From NCBI GenBank assembly GCA_001949185.1, contig BDGG01000002.1, positions 3,345,826 to 3,409,825 of the forward strand: a stretch of DNA of 64,000 bases, read 5' to 3'. Of the stretch, positions 25,701 to 38,339 are shown piece by piece. The first letter of the stretch is position 1. The number at the start of each line of letters is the position of its first letter. The notes under the pieces are model-generated. The model had not been told where the DNA came from. It saw only the letters and a list, made by a program, of their open reading frames with translations, and ran no database searches. This DNA is from Ramazzottius varieornatus. Its lineage: Eukaryota > Animalia > Tardigrada. A program made the position numbers and the translations under genes.

Positions 25701-26124
25701 GATGGTCTATCTTTCGAAAACATGCTCTGGAAAATAGCACTTTCAGGTGAACTGTGCCTTAAAACTTATTGAACCCCCCATGTACCATGGAATATTTAGA
25801 ACAGAATTAAATATATTTTCATAAAAACATGTTTCCTTTGTAGGTCCCAAGCAGCAAAAGAGCTTCAAAGGTCTGATGCTTCGTCGCATCAAGTGGGCTG
25901 ATGGAAAACAAAGCATCGAGTCCGAAAACCCCTCAGCAAGTTCCGGTCCGAAGCACTGTGAGCTGTTGTGGGAAGGTACCACCAAGAAGCGACATTTTGG
26001 CCAGATCAAGTTCAAAGCCTGTCCAACCGACGTGGCAGCCAGAGACCTTCTTCGCAAGCACGGTGTGGAAGAATACTGGGATATGGCGTACGGAGCGGCC
26101 ATCTTGGAATCCACTGATACCTGA
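22729..26124 (+). CDS. PRPF3: U4/U6 snRNP protein Prp3 (multi-exon)
   Basis: [14 protein letters not shown]; PTLKAN; FFDPRV; FNFHKPGEF; IPEVEWWD; LIEHP; [12 protein letters not shown]; [22 protein letters not shown]; [15 protein letters not shown]; VVVEGGPKQQK; LMLRRIKW; CELLWEG; [10 protein letters not shown]. Confidence 0.97.
24998..25782. mobile_element. TA-flanked Tc1/mariner-type MITE in a PRPF3 intron
   Basis: TIRs CACAGGGGGTTTAATAAGTTTTAA and (reverse complement) CATGGGGGGTTCAATAAGTTTTAA; TA at 24996-24997 and 25783-25784. Confidence 0.75.
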
Positions 26125-26327
26125 ATTTACTCTGACAATTCATCATTTTCATTAGAAATGTATTTTACAAAGTTTTAGCTTAATCGTCCATGGTCCTACT
26201 TCGTAGCTGCATGCAGCAGTCTGGGTTCGACTACCGCCTACTCTTCGGTCTAATTGAGTAGGCACTTTGATCAGTTCAGTAAGAAGTTGCATCTATGGAT
26301 TTTATCGGCATGTACTTCTATTTTCTT

Positions 26328-27456
26328 TCACCTAACCTTTATTGTGCTTTTCAAATAGTGGACGAAAAGGGTAGGTATTCTGTCTAGGCTTTCGACGGGC
26401 CGTGTTTTACTGTAGGAAATAAACTGCCGTCGTAGACGTGTGAATTCAGCTGGTGGAGTGATTTTCGATAAAACTAAACCTTCGGTAGTCCCCGGAAGAA
26501 TTACTTTACCACCAATAGAGCCTTTCTGTTGGGCGGAGATTATCACAGAGACTATTTCTTGTGTGATTCGGTCCAGTTCGTGAAGGTAGTTCGTCGTTGC
26601 GAGTGGCTGGGACTGCGTGGACTGGTTCGGTGGAGAAGCGCGCTTCTGCAGGAGTGCTTCCAGGATTTCGGTCACGGGAAGGGGATCGTTGGGAAGGAGA
26701 GTAAAGAGAGGATTCTCCCAACGATTTTGAGAGTCCGGAGGCTCGAAACGCATATCCAGAGCGTCAATTCTGTCAACGAGAAAACGTCAAATGATCAGAT
26801 TTGCTCTTATGGTCAGCCAGGTCAGGAAACGTTTTCGGATGAAATTTGAGAAACATACGTAGCTTCTGAATACCGCTCCGTTTGTTCTCGCGACTCGTTC
26901 CACTGCTTCAGATCCGAGAGAGGAGCGTTACACCATATCTGTAAATTTAGGAACATGTCAGATGAGCCATAAAATATTTTTCGACGATATCTATCGTCCT
27001 GGGATTCCGCAAAAATCCGTTATGAAATACGAAAAAAATCACAGAAAATGAGAACAGCTCCCGTCGATACCTACAGTACACTGGGTGGTCTTTGCCGATT
27101 TGCATATGCAATAAATCTCATAACGATATCCTTTAATATAATTTGCGGCGTCGAGGATGACGAGTGCGTCTTTGGACAGTAAACGCTGGACATCGGATTT
27201 CAACGAGGCCCGAAGGTTCTTTTCCTTTGCAGGAGCTACGAATACCAAGGTTTTACACAGCAGTTTGGGTCAAAACCAGGCAGACAAACAGCAGAAACTT
27301 ACCTGCGTAGATATCATTCTTCTGGACGGATAGTATGGTGTTGTCGGAGACTACGCTCGCAGGCATCTCGGTGGACTTCCGCAGCGCTCCAACAAGCTCT
27401 GTCGCTCGTTTAGTTTTTCCTGAACCTGGGAGACCACACAGTACTACCAGCGGCAT
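26328..27456 (-). CDS. KTI12: KTI12 Elongator-associated P-loop ATPase (4 exons)
   Basis: MPLVVLCGLPGSGKT; EKNLRASLKSDVQRLLS; ILDAANYIKGYRYEIYC; MRFEPPDSQNRWENPLF; PNQSTQSQPLATTNYLHELDRITQ; RLRRQFISY. Confidence 0.96.
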
Positions 27457-27941
27457 CGTTAGTTCCGAATTCGTATGGGTATGTTCGTTTTCCTCCTGTT
27501 CCTCCGCTCCTGATAACTGTCCGGACTGAATCCGACTGATCCGCGATGTTTTGCAGCCAATCAAACCTAATCAATCGCTGGATGCGTCTCAGACTCTCAG
27601 TCAAGCCGAATGGCTTGGCGAACGCGCTTCACTGCCAGGTCTGCACTAGCGCCCGGCCTTAGGGTGCCGCGTCTAATACACACCTGCACTAGCGGTGCCT
27701 TTTGGTGCCTTTTTTCCACCTTAGAGCCTCTTTGATATGGGATTTTCCACCTTTCCACCCTAGACGATGAATGTGCCTTTGACAGGGTGGAAAAGGTGCC
27801 AGAAATTAATACAGGGTGCCTTTGATAAAACTAATATACCATAAATCATAAATTTTAGTTTGAGCGAAAACGCAAAAGTCTAGCTCGAGCGGGGCTCGAA
27901 CTGGCCTGATTAGCGTTCGAAGCAAGCTGGGCCTTAGCTGG

Positions 27942-29160
27942 CAGTGCTGGCAACGATACGGTATACCGATATCGTATCGAAATATCTCGAATCTTTGCGA
28001 TAAAATATGCGGCAAATATCGTATCGAACATATCGATATATTTCCGATATATCGGCATTTTGGTGAATGGCAAGCTCGGCAAATGGCAATAATATGACGC
28101 GTGTTTTTCCTGTTTGGCGCATTTAGTCACGGCGACTTTTCAACCCTAACCTGACATCAGAAATTCGGGAACACTCAATTGCTTGGAATATCGAACATGA
28201 AACCATTCGACACCTCCAAAAAGAGTTTGACGAGTGGAGAAAAGGTAAGCAGGACACCTGCTTTACCTGAAGCAGACTTGGCGATGCCGCCAACTAACTT
28301 AGTTGCTTGACTCATCATACAAGGAGCCAAGGCCGGTCGATGCAGTTCAGCACTGCCTTGCCCTGATATACTCACGCACTGGTCTGACTGCCACGTGGCT
28401 TATTCAGCTGCTACTGGCCTAACATTCACCCGTGACCGACCCCATCACACATGCTGCTGCCATATAAACTTTTTCCTCCCGTGTTTGGAATGAGCGATCA
28501 AAGTTCAGTTCTACAGCATAAGATGTCGGTTACACGTACCGATCAGCTTTGTTAGTAAAACCGATAGAATTCAGAAACTTGACCGCTGGCGAAATCAGCT
28601 GTGAAAATGGCAGCATTTATCATCCATCTTCGTGATTTCCAAACAGAATGGCATCATTGCCTGTGGTTTAACATCTTACAGAGGATGCTCCAGACGACTG
28701 CATCAGCCGTGTAGAACACTTTTTTGACACCCCTCCAGATAAAGTCGTTTCCTGAACAATTTAGAATTTTGTCACATGCGCCAGTTAGAAAAAACACGCG
28801 TCATGTCACGTTTACGAAAGACTATGGTTGATTCCAAAATCTTGATTCTGGCCATGGCATGCCCAGCTGGCGAGCACACTCCGCCATTCGGTCTTGGTAC
28901 TAATTCTAACCAGATTTGCATGTGTTTGAAGTCTTGGTATAGTTACGTCTTTGCTGCGTCTGACGCTTTCGATCGGGCTTGAACTGGTTGAATTCCGAGA
29001 CATTAAAACGCAGAAACATCGATACATCGCTCCGATATATCGAAAACACGGTACCAGAAAAATACCGTATCGAAATATCGATACTGAATGTACATCGAAA
29101 ACCGCGATAAAACATGTACCGAATATCGTACCGAATTTTATCGATGTTTTGCCAGCACTT
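27942..29160. mobile_element. Non-autonomous hAT-type element (CAGTGCTGGCAA TIR) with extra internal DNA
   Basis: Termini CAGTGCTGGCAA...TTGCCAGCACTT; flanks TTAGCTGG/CAAGCTGG; both arms homologous to 56828-57446 in inverted orientation. Confidence 0.8.
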
Positions 29161-31450
29161 CAAGCTGGAGTACGCGCAGGCTAATACAGTGCCGTGACTC
29201 AGCAGTCCTGAGTGGTTGTGGCCGTAAAACAGGCATCCGACGGGGTAAATTCTAATCCCTAGCAGATGAGGATTTCCGTGACGAGTTCCCCCAGTCTGCA
29301 GAACTTGATCTCGGACGGTATGTTTGCGCCCTAAATAGCAGGGGTTTCTTTAACGTCACGACAGCAAAGTATTCTCGGACAGGGGCCATGAATCACGGGT
29401 TGTTGATGGCTCATGGAAGTTCCTCGTGGAAATTCTTTTCACGGAAGTCCGGCTCTACAACGCATAACAGTCCGTGCTGACGGCAGCCGTCCGTACTGGA
29501 TACCTCGGGAATGGCGTAGTCTTCGCGAAGTACCACTGGATCATTCTATACGCTTACCCATCACACGCAGGGTACCTAACAGATGCCAGTTCGGTACCCC
29601 GCGTGTGATGGGTAATTCAAATAATTTCAATTGTAGTCGAAAGGCATATTTGAAATAAGTGTAATTGATAATTCAACCAGGACCAGGCATCTGCAATTTA
29701 AATGGCTGCTGTGCGAGGAATTTTGATTAATCGTAATTATAATTGAAATCGAAGTCATATCGGATAGGGTTGTTAATGGATGGATAAACGGTTAAACGGA
29801 TGGCTAAAAAACTTATCCGGATACTATGTGGATGGATAAAAGTTTTATCCATATCCAGCTACCTAGATACAACTTTTAGTGGAATTATCCGTCATGAAGA
29901 ACCACGTAGACTTTCTAAGCGCTCAGAAAAGCTAGTTGGTGTGACAGACGAAATTATGAGCAACCACGCAGCAACTCACCCGATTTTGATCAACTGGCGT
30001 TCGAAAATTTATTATTGAACTGGGTTGGCTTCCCATTGACTGCCGTAATTGTTTTGCGCATTCTCACTGTGCGTTCCCTTCACGTTCGAATACTTTACAT
30101 AGCTGGACTGTCTTCATTCGACTTCAAGAAAACAGTCCAAAGATGCTGGGAAGGTTTTGGAGGCTGACGGTCAGGGAAGGTAATTCTGAGACAACAGTGG
30201 AGCAACATCGGAACTTCGGAAGTCCTTCTTGCAAGATAACGTTGACACATTCATATCCCATACGTCTTTCGCTTTCCCACGCCAAACGGAACCAAGAATT
30301 ATTTGTATTCTAACAGTAAACGCTTTCAGGAATAGCCACTGATGAGAAAATATGTTTTTTCAAAATGGTCAAGGTCGCAAGCCGGAAGCTGCACGAGGAA
30401 ATGGAAAGTTGGATTGAAAGCTACTAGCTTCTTTTGGCTAGTAGCTCTGGTGGGCACTCCATCATGGAGATGGTTGGCTACTCTGGTTGTCTGCCCCGAT
30501 ACGTTCACAAAGTCAACGAGGTTAGTCGAAACTTAGTAGAAATGATCTCCTAATTTTTCGACTTTGTGAAAGATTTTTGGGTTGTTATAAGCTTGCCATG
30601 GTGTTTTCCCGGTTCCAGCACGCGCCATTTCTGCCTGTTCTTGCCTATTCGTGCCTGTTCTTAGAGAAACCAGCAATTTTTTCTCAATTTTTTCATGTCC
30701 TCGTCGAACTCCTCGATGGTCACCTCCGTCGATTGGTATCATCAATCGAGGAAAACCAAGGCAGAATTTACCGTGTAGCATTGAAGAAAAGTTGTTCGCA
30801 AACCGGTTCAGACCGGTGGTTTATGTGGTTTGGTTTGCGCATTAGACCAACCCACTTTTGGTGGTTTGTGGGAGAAACCATTTTCATTAAGCCGGTTTGG
30901 CGTGCAAATCACCACTTAAACCAAACTAAACCCTATGGTTCAGATCATTAATTCGCAGGGCGGCACCCTAGCGGGTACTGTTGCCGCCGAGGGAGGCTAA
31001 AAGGGAAGAAAACGGGAGCTGGGATGATGGCAGTGCGTATCCCAAGTTCCCAACCATTGAATTACTCCCTGTGACTCAGAGTGCGATGGTGTTGCCTTGT
31101 ATCCTTCTTTTGTGACCTACTTTCGCTTCTCAGTCACATTCCATCCACAAGCTTATCTCCACTAAGTTAATGTTGTACTTTGCCCTTCACTGGGCAAAGT
31201 TCTGTTGCCGCCGAGAGAGGCTAAAAGGCCCTTCACTGGGCAAAGTTCAGCAGAGGTTCAAACACAAACTTACGAACACAACCAGTTCCGCAACGACAGC
31301 TCGTGCCCAAAAATCCCATGTTAGACCACCTGAAGTGGTTTGACCTGGGATAACATGGGGTATCAAGTCGTAGCAATGTTGTACTAGTACGCTCTGCGAG
31401 CATTTCCTAATAGCCTCACACTGATTCGGCGGCAACAACAGCTTCAGTAG

Positions 31451-31640
31451 CAGGGGCGCGTCGACCCATAGGGCTGACGAGGCCCAGCCTGCCCCCCTGC
31501 CCAAATTATCGGCCTTGAGTGGCTGGGATTTCGCTGTGAAAGGGGAAGGAAAAACAGTTTCGTGAGGCCGGTCGAAGCTGTCGAAAATTTTCTGGTTTTC
31601 GTGCGCTTTCGAGCAGTTTCTGGACGTTCTTCTGAAAATT
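31451..31640 (+). mobile_element. One end of a CAGGGGCGCGT-family hAT MITE
   Basis: CAGGGGCGCGTCGACCCATAGGGCTGACGAGGCCCAGCCTG is nearly identical to the 38340 terminus. Confidence 0.65.
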
Positions 31641-31955
31641 TTACAGCTTTCTATGCTCGGTTCAAATTGATCACGGGCGATAGGGATTTTATTCAGTGAA
31701 TTCAGCAACAGTTCAAGCTGCTCGAAAGGGAAACGTCATAGAAATCTTTTGTTGGTCCAGCTTACGATAGAACATATCGTTCTCTCTCAGAGGTCTGCGG
31801 TCCTATTCGAAAAACCATGTGATCACTGAAGGTAGTACTAACCTATGCTTGTGCCTTGTCCGAAAGGTGAAGCTGCGTTCGTCATGTTCGTCGTTGGGAC
31901 GAGTGTAGGAAGTCTGGAAACGATCAGACAAGCCTACAGCGAGCATTTGTGGAAC

Positions 31956-32628
31956 TAGTGATGTTCTAATATGGGTTAATGAGATCTAATATAATAAAAA
32001 TAAATATCCGCCGTCCATCAAAGTTCTAATAAGTGACCACCACTATAGTAAAACGTCTACCTGATTTAATAAAATATTACTATAGTAGAACTTTCGGGGG
32101 TTTGTTATTAAAATATATTTTAATATTAGAGAGCTCGACGGAAGATCTAAAGATTCAGAATCACAACCATCAGATCAGCAAAAATACTGTAGTACAGCCT
32201 GCGCCCTGCACCTGCACACTGTAACATGGCCGATTGAAGTGTCAGACTGTATGCAGGTGCACGATGTTCAAGGGTATTTATTCTGCAGTAGCCCTACTGT
32301 ACTGCTGTAGAGGCATCATTATGGTGTGGCGCACTTTATAAGGCGTGGTCGCACATCGAGAAACCAACGCACGCGCATCAGAACTCAGCAAATCACCCAG
32401 TTTTTCGAATCAGCGGTAGCGTTAACCCGTATTAAAATTTATTTTACTATGAATGATGGACAACTTAATAATAATAAAGTATGGCACTTTCGGTTTCAAG
32501 CTACTAAAATATAAATATGGGAATGCGGTGCCCAATTCTGTTTACTAAATATTACTAAATATAGTAGATGCTCAAAACATCTACTATCATCTACTTTAAT
32601 ATAATATTACTATATTAGAACATCACTA
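31956..32628. mobile_element. hAT MITE, 673 bp
   Basis: Perfect 17-bp TIR TAGTGATGTTCTAATAT; perfect 8-bp TSD TGTGGAAC (31948-31955, 32629-32636). Confidence 0.92.
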
Positions 32629-32993
32629 TGTGGAACACAGGTTTCGTTTCTCTAAGCCAGAAACGAGTTTCAGTGGAAAAACAGCACGACGCAGTACGCC
32701 CATCTACGGGTATCAAACCGGACCCCAATGAGCATCACCGTGTTGAAGTGACGGTGTTGTGCGGGGTAGTCCTCAAAAAATCCTAACTGTGTTCCCGTTT
32801 CTGGCTCAATAACGATCGTTTTTGACACGTACCGGGCACGAGGAGGCCGGCATGGAGTTATCCAGGCCTAGTCTCGACAACCAAAGCTCCAAACTTCATT
32901 TCCTTGGTTTCTAAATTATGAAAACTTGTTTAAACTCTTCCTTGAGTGAACCAGCAGCTCGGAGGATGCAAAACTGATGAGATATCTTCCGTC

Positions 32994-33705
32994 TAGTGAT
33001 GTTGGCATAAGGGTATCTCGATCTAATATAATTGTGGTTTAATAAAGCCGAGCTGCCAGAGTCCTAATATAATCTTGATGTAATATAGCGCGACCTCGGA
33101 GCATCTAATATGATGTCGATAAATCAACTTGTTTCGTCGGGTGCTTATTATAATATATTATAATATTATAATCACAGCGGTCTTTGTCGGCTGCTGTCCT
33201 CTTCTGACTGACGGTGAGGAACTCCCTTCTTTTCCAGCCACGCTGGTATCCTCATACTATCCTGCAATTTTCTAGAGAAACGACACACAGAGCGTTCGAA
33301 AGCGCATAACAGAACCTGGGAAGCAGACAGCCTCGCATCCAGCAATGAGCATTGCGAGTATGCAGGCGGGTCGCCGGACTCATGAACCTGCACTGTCCAA
33401 TCAAACGAGGCTGACAATCAATGCATCGCCCTGCACGCCGATCAATATACGTTAATGTGCAGGTGCGTGATGCGCTATGATCTAACCCAACAGCGCACTG
33501 TGCAAAGTCGCACGCTTTCGCTTGGCGCAAATCAAGCCTTATCTTAATCAACCTCAGCCAAAATCACATATTAATAATTTTAATATAGAGCGCCCAGCGA
33601 GTTGACTTTAACATAATATATTCAGGTCTGGCTTCCATCTAATTTAATTCTAATAAATATCCTGCCTCCGTCGAGGCATCTAATAAATGTTAATAAAATA
33701 TGTTG
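32994..33705. mobile_element. Truncated hAT-type MITE (TAGTGATGTTGGCAT end)
   Basis: Left terminus resembles those at 21698 and 31956; TAATAT subterminal repeats; right TIR not found. Confidence 0.6.
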
Positions 33706-33742
33706 GATGCAAATCCGTGGCTCCAGGGTCAAAACTGCACGC

Positions 33743-33929
33743 GTCGCTCCGGGGTCCGAAGTATTTCAGTGGGCGAGACTGCGAAGTGGGCCCCATGTCG
33801 GAAGTCTTGTGGCTAAAGTAGCACTGAATTAACAGTCGGCATGCCTGCTGATTTCGTCGCCATAAGACATCCATGTGGGGCCCACTTCGCAATCTCGCCC
33901 ACCCGGACACTTCGGACCCTGGAGCAACG
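33743..33929. repeat. ~190-bp foldback/palindromic MITE
   Basis: GTCGCTCCGGGGTCCGAAG...GTGGGCGAGACTGCGAAGTGGGCCCCA pairs with TGGGGCCCACTTCGCAATCTCGCCCAC...CTTCGGACCCTGGAGCAAC. Confidence 0.75.
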
Positions 33930-33984
33930 ACTGAAAAACTTTTCACCCTTTTGGGGATATACTCCAGAGAGTTTCCGGGGTGAC

Positions 33985-36900
33985 TAATGATGAGCATTAC
34001 ACTTTTACATTACATTACAATCTTCGGAAAGTTGTAGTGTAAAATACAACTGTAAAAGTGTAATTACACTTGGAATTACACGCGAGTATAAAACCGAAAT
34101 ATCCGTTCAAATCGCCATTAACTGATTAAAAGCCGTGTTAATTGAACACGGGCTGAGGGAAACCATTGATTGAGTGATTGTCGATCTGAGAGAAGCTTTA
34201 CATCAGTGGACATGATGACACAGTCTGGTTTACACTGCCGCAGTACGAAATATACGCAGCTGCTTTCGGCCTTATCATTCTTACTCCGTTCAATCTAATC
34301 TGACACTAGCGTACTTTGAGCTTGACTACGAACCTCTGTTTGCATACACGATGTCTGAAAGCGAGGAGAGCGACGAGGAGACCGATGAACAGCAAGATAC
34401 AAAACGTAAGTGGACTTCTATGTGGTCGACATAGGGATTCTATTCACTGTGTTCGAATGATTGATTGCTGATTGATCGATAGGTGGCACAAAGGTTAGTC
34501 GTCTTGACCTGTGGACCGAGTTCGAAAGAAGTGCTGAATACTGGCCGAAGTCCAAGCACCGCAAAGCAACCTGTAAGCACTGTGTAGAGGCTGGTGTGAA
34601 AGTGGTCAAGCCGATTCGAGGTGACAGGCCGAGATTGCTGCAACATCTCAAAACCTGCGCGAATGTCCCGCGAGTCGTTCGAGAAAGACATTTCCCAAAG
34701 AATGATGAGTCGAAGAAGCGAAAGTCAGCCACTGATACACTGGCCGACGACGCCAATAAGCGCACTAAAAGTCAAGCAAGCCTACGGACCTTCCTTGATC
34801 GACCATTAACTTCTTCTGAGCAGCAGCAATTCGAAGAATTGTACGGCGATGCCTGTGTGAGCTGCAGCATACCATTCGCCGCGTCCGAAGATACTCGCAT
34901 GGTCCGTCTCCTTAAGTTCCTTCGTCCCCAGCTGGTTATTCCGAGTCGTTTCACCGTGGCGCGTCGCATTGTACCAGCTCGAATCAAAGAAGCAACGGCG
35001 GAAGTATCTAGTAAGCTGATCGGTCAGAAGTATCTCACCATGACTTTCGATGGTTACAAGAATGTTAGCCGGGATAAAGTGCTGGGTAAGTATTGCCACT
35101 AAAATTTATTTATCCCGCTGTTAATCACTCATATGACGTACTATATACAGGTTTTCTTGTCACTGTTCGGAATGAGAACGGCACGGAGAACTTTACACTG
35201 GGCTCCGCTATTGACATCACAGGCACGAACTACGACGGCGAGTACGTCATGAGAGAAACCTTGCAGAAACTTACTGAGGTGAAGAAGGACTACAAGGCTG
35301 ATGTACGATTCGTGACCTGTGATTCTGACGGAGCTCATCGGAAAGCTCGAAGACTTCTCTCGCAGAAACTCCCGCACATCATTTTCCTTCCATGCAGCGC
35401 ACATCAGATCAACCTAGTCATCCAAGACGTAGCCAAATTCGTACCCAGGTTTAAAGAAACTCTTCGACAAAACGATTGTATCACGACCTGGTTCCGTAAG
35501 AGCAGCCTGTCGCAAGGAAAGCTGGAAGCAGTTCAGCTGGAGTACTACTCGAAAGTGGTATCGATGACCAGTTGGACTCCTACTCGTTGGTATTCCGTTT
35601 ACTTGAGTGTGCAGCGAGTCTTAGACTCAAAGAGTGCCTTGCAGGTAACGTTTCGATACACTTCATCATTCAAACGGTAGATTAAGTGCGGGCGTCTTCG
35701 GTCAAGAATCAGAAATCTTTACTCAAAAAAAAGATTTATTAACATGCAGCGTATTAGTTCTGTTAACATTCGTGCCTTTGTTTATTTGTTGCAGATGTAT
35801 GGCGTCAAGTACAGCGCGAATTTGGGTCTGGTACCATTCAACTTAAAAGTGATCCTCGATGACGACGAGTTCTGGCTTGGCGCAAAAGAGATTGCTGCAG
35901 TACTTAGGCCGCTGGTCAGCGCACAAGCAAAGGCAGAATCAGACAATTGCACGATTGCTGACATCGGCTCAGCCATACGCGATATCTACTGTGGGTTTTC
36001 GCTGTTGAAAGATCGTGACGTTTCTTGGACTTTAGTTTCTCAACTGGAAAAGCGGTGGAAAAGCTTCTACCCAACCGACGTATTCGCTGTAGCAATGTTC
36101 CTCGACCCCAAACTAAAGCTCGATATGTTCCGCCGTGACCCTAACAAAGTTCATAGTGGAGCGATTTACACGTGGGCCAGCGACCTTTACCGACAGTTCT
36201 TCCAAAAAGATCCGACTTCCTTGCTGACTTCTGCAATCCGTTACACTGCGAATCAGGGTGTCTTCGACTTGAAGTACACTAGCCAGCTGAGTAACCCTTT
36301 CGATTACTGGACTTATGCCGAGGCCGAGCATTCAGAACTGGCTCAGCTGGCTAAGTTCCTTCTTTCAGCTTGCCCGCACGCCGCTTCAGTTGAACGTTTC
36401 TGGAAGAAAATGAACGATGTCCATACGGCAAGCAGAAACAGATTGGGACTTAATCTGGTTAGTGGTATGTGCACGCTGAAAATGAAACTCTGTCGTGAAG
36501 ATGAGGAGCTCTCAAGAAAACGTAAGAGAGAAAAGGACGAGAAGAAAGCAAAGATGACCGGAAATGTTTCAGATGAGCCTGTTGTTGTTGTAACAGTGGA
36601 CGAAGAGACAGTACCAGTGAAACTTGATCAAGGTAAACAATTCACTTACATTATGATATGATTTTCAATTTACTTCGACATTACTATTTTGACATCGGTA
36701 CTTTAGAATATTACTTTTCCAGGTGGCGGTGAAACCGATCTAATGGAGCTGGAAAGTCAAATGGCAATCCTTGATGATTTGTTCGGTCAAGACGACAATG
36801 ACATGCCAAGCAGTGAGGAGCTCGAAGATGACGTGTCTCTGACCGGAAAGTTTTTCACCTTAGCAGATTTATTTGTTGTCAAGTAGTTGTTTGAACCAGT

Positions 36901-37148
36901 GAAGATTGAAGATAGTGTTAATAGGTTTACTGTATACGAGAGATTACGTTTCTTTCCACATCTGTAGCGGCTTTGATTTAGCTAACTTGGAGGGGTCATT
37001 TGATAGTTTACACTTGGTTTACAGGTTCCGTTCTTTCGGGGTTGTAAAATGTAAACAAGTGTAAAATGTAATTACACTTTTTGTAATTACACTGTTTTAC
37101 ATTACATTTTACATTACACGAGCCGTCAGCTTGTAATGCTCATCATTA
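33985..37148 (+). mobile_element. Full-length, apparently autonomous hAT DNA transposon (3,164 bp)
   Basis: Perfect 17-bp TIR TAATGATGAGCATTACA; perfect 8-bp TSD GGGGTGAC (33977-33984, 37149-37156); TTACA/TGTAA subterminal arrays at both ends. Confidence 0.97.
34351..36886 (+). CDS. hAT transposase with BED zinc finger, 5 exons, 717 aa
   Basis: Exons 34351-34405, 34483-35085, 35151-35644, 35795-36632, 36723-36886 (2,154 nt, all GT-AG, phases compatible). W..F...CKHC...HL..C BED finger; TFDGY, TCDSDG, CSAH, TPTRWYS, FLDP, AASVERFW. Confidence 0.93.
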
Positions 37149-37670
37149 GGGGTGACTAATAGCTCAAACACTCCAGCCTGGGGGTTGAATGTCGAAACGA
37201 CTGTATGCGCAGTTTTATGCTCTGTGCCGTCTGTACGACGTCAGGGCTTTTTCAGCCAAAGATTCGAACCCCTCTGGATCTTTCTTACGTGAGCGTTTGA
37301 CCAGTGGTCAGATCGCCAAATGAACTTAAGCATCGTGTTCCTCGAAGTTTATTATGCCAAATTGCATCAGCAGTTCAATCTTGCCCTTGGGGTCCCAGAA
37401 CTTCAAACTCGTTTCCGGAACAATTTGACAGGCCTCCGCTTGTATGAAAACTGGCCGCGGAAACTCGTGTACGAAACGATACTTCGTGGATATTACAGCG
37501 CCAGAAATTTTCACTGGATAAGTCCATGCCGGCCTCCTCGTACGGTATGTTTCCATACTGAAATACGTACCCCAGCGAGCACGTGAAAGTCTCCCGCGGG
37601 CCTTGCCGCTTTGTGCTCTGCCTTACTAAACAATGTTTTATAATTGCCAGGGGCTTCATTCTGCCATGGA

Positions 37671-38051
37671 TAGAGCGCTGCAGCAGTAGCTGAAACCAGT
37701 GCTGCTTCTGCACTGCATCCGGTTTCCAGAAACTGCAACTGCACTGCATCTGCAATAAAAAATTAAGAGCTTCTTCCCACCAACGGAAATACATGTCAAA
37801 CACAGCGTAAAAGTCGTTGTTTTACGGACATTCAACCGAAAAGCGGTAGAATCCGGCCAGAAATCGCAAAGAAGCCGATTTTACTACTGGTTTCTAGCCC
37901 ACAACAGTATACTGCGATGAACGGTGCTCACTTTTTCAAAACTGCAACTGCACTGCAACTGCATTTTCTCACCATTTCGGCGACTGCAACTGCACTGCAT
38001 TGCAGTAAAATGCAGTGCAGTCCAGAACGTGCTGCATGTTGCAGGGCTCTA
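37671..38051. mobile_element. hAT MITE of the TAGAGCCCTGCA family (related to 10260-10955)
   Basis: TAGAGCGCTGCA...TGCAGGGCTCTA; ACTGCA repeats; flanks GCCATGGA/ACCTTGGA (6/8). Confidence 0.85.
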
Positions 38052-38339
38052 ACCTTGGACCGTCGGAGCAGCCGATTCAAAATTGAAGATCAATCACCGG
38101 TTCATTTCCCAGAAAACCATTCAAGTTTTATTCCACGCGTGGCAAACTCTGGAAAAGCACGTTGAAGTAAGACAGAAGGTTCGGTCGAAGGTAGTGATGG
38201 ATGAAGGTTCAGCCTTTTCGCTGCTCAAACATGGAAGGATTTTCGGTGTACACCAGAGACACCGCGTCATCGTCGAAATACAACAAAAGCAAACACTCAA
38301 AGTACGAAGGCTAGACCCGCACATATCCTACGATACAAG

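Noticed and set aside
27942-29160. Regularly repeated CGATAT motifs resembling an array or CRISPR
   Set aside because: Irregular subterminal repeats of a eukaryotic hAT MITE; no repeat-spacer periodicity.
30326-30781. Possible stop-codon readthrough or selenoprotein in a long frame with a single stop
   Set aside because: The stop is TAA, no SECIS was recognised, and the surrounding DNA is decayed; pseudogene is more likely.
33977-33988. 12-bp direct repeat GGGGTGACTAAT at both ends of the hAT, suggesting a longer TSD
   Set aside because: On the left, TAAT belongs to the 17-bp TIR; the standard 8-bp TSD explains the structure.
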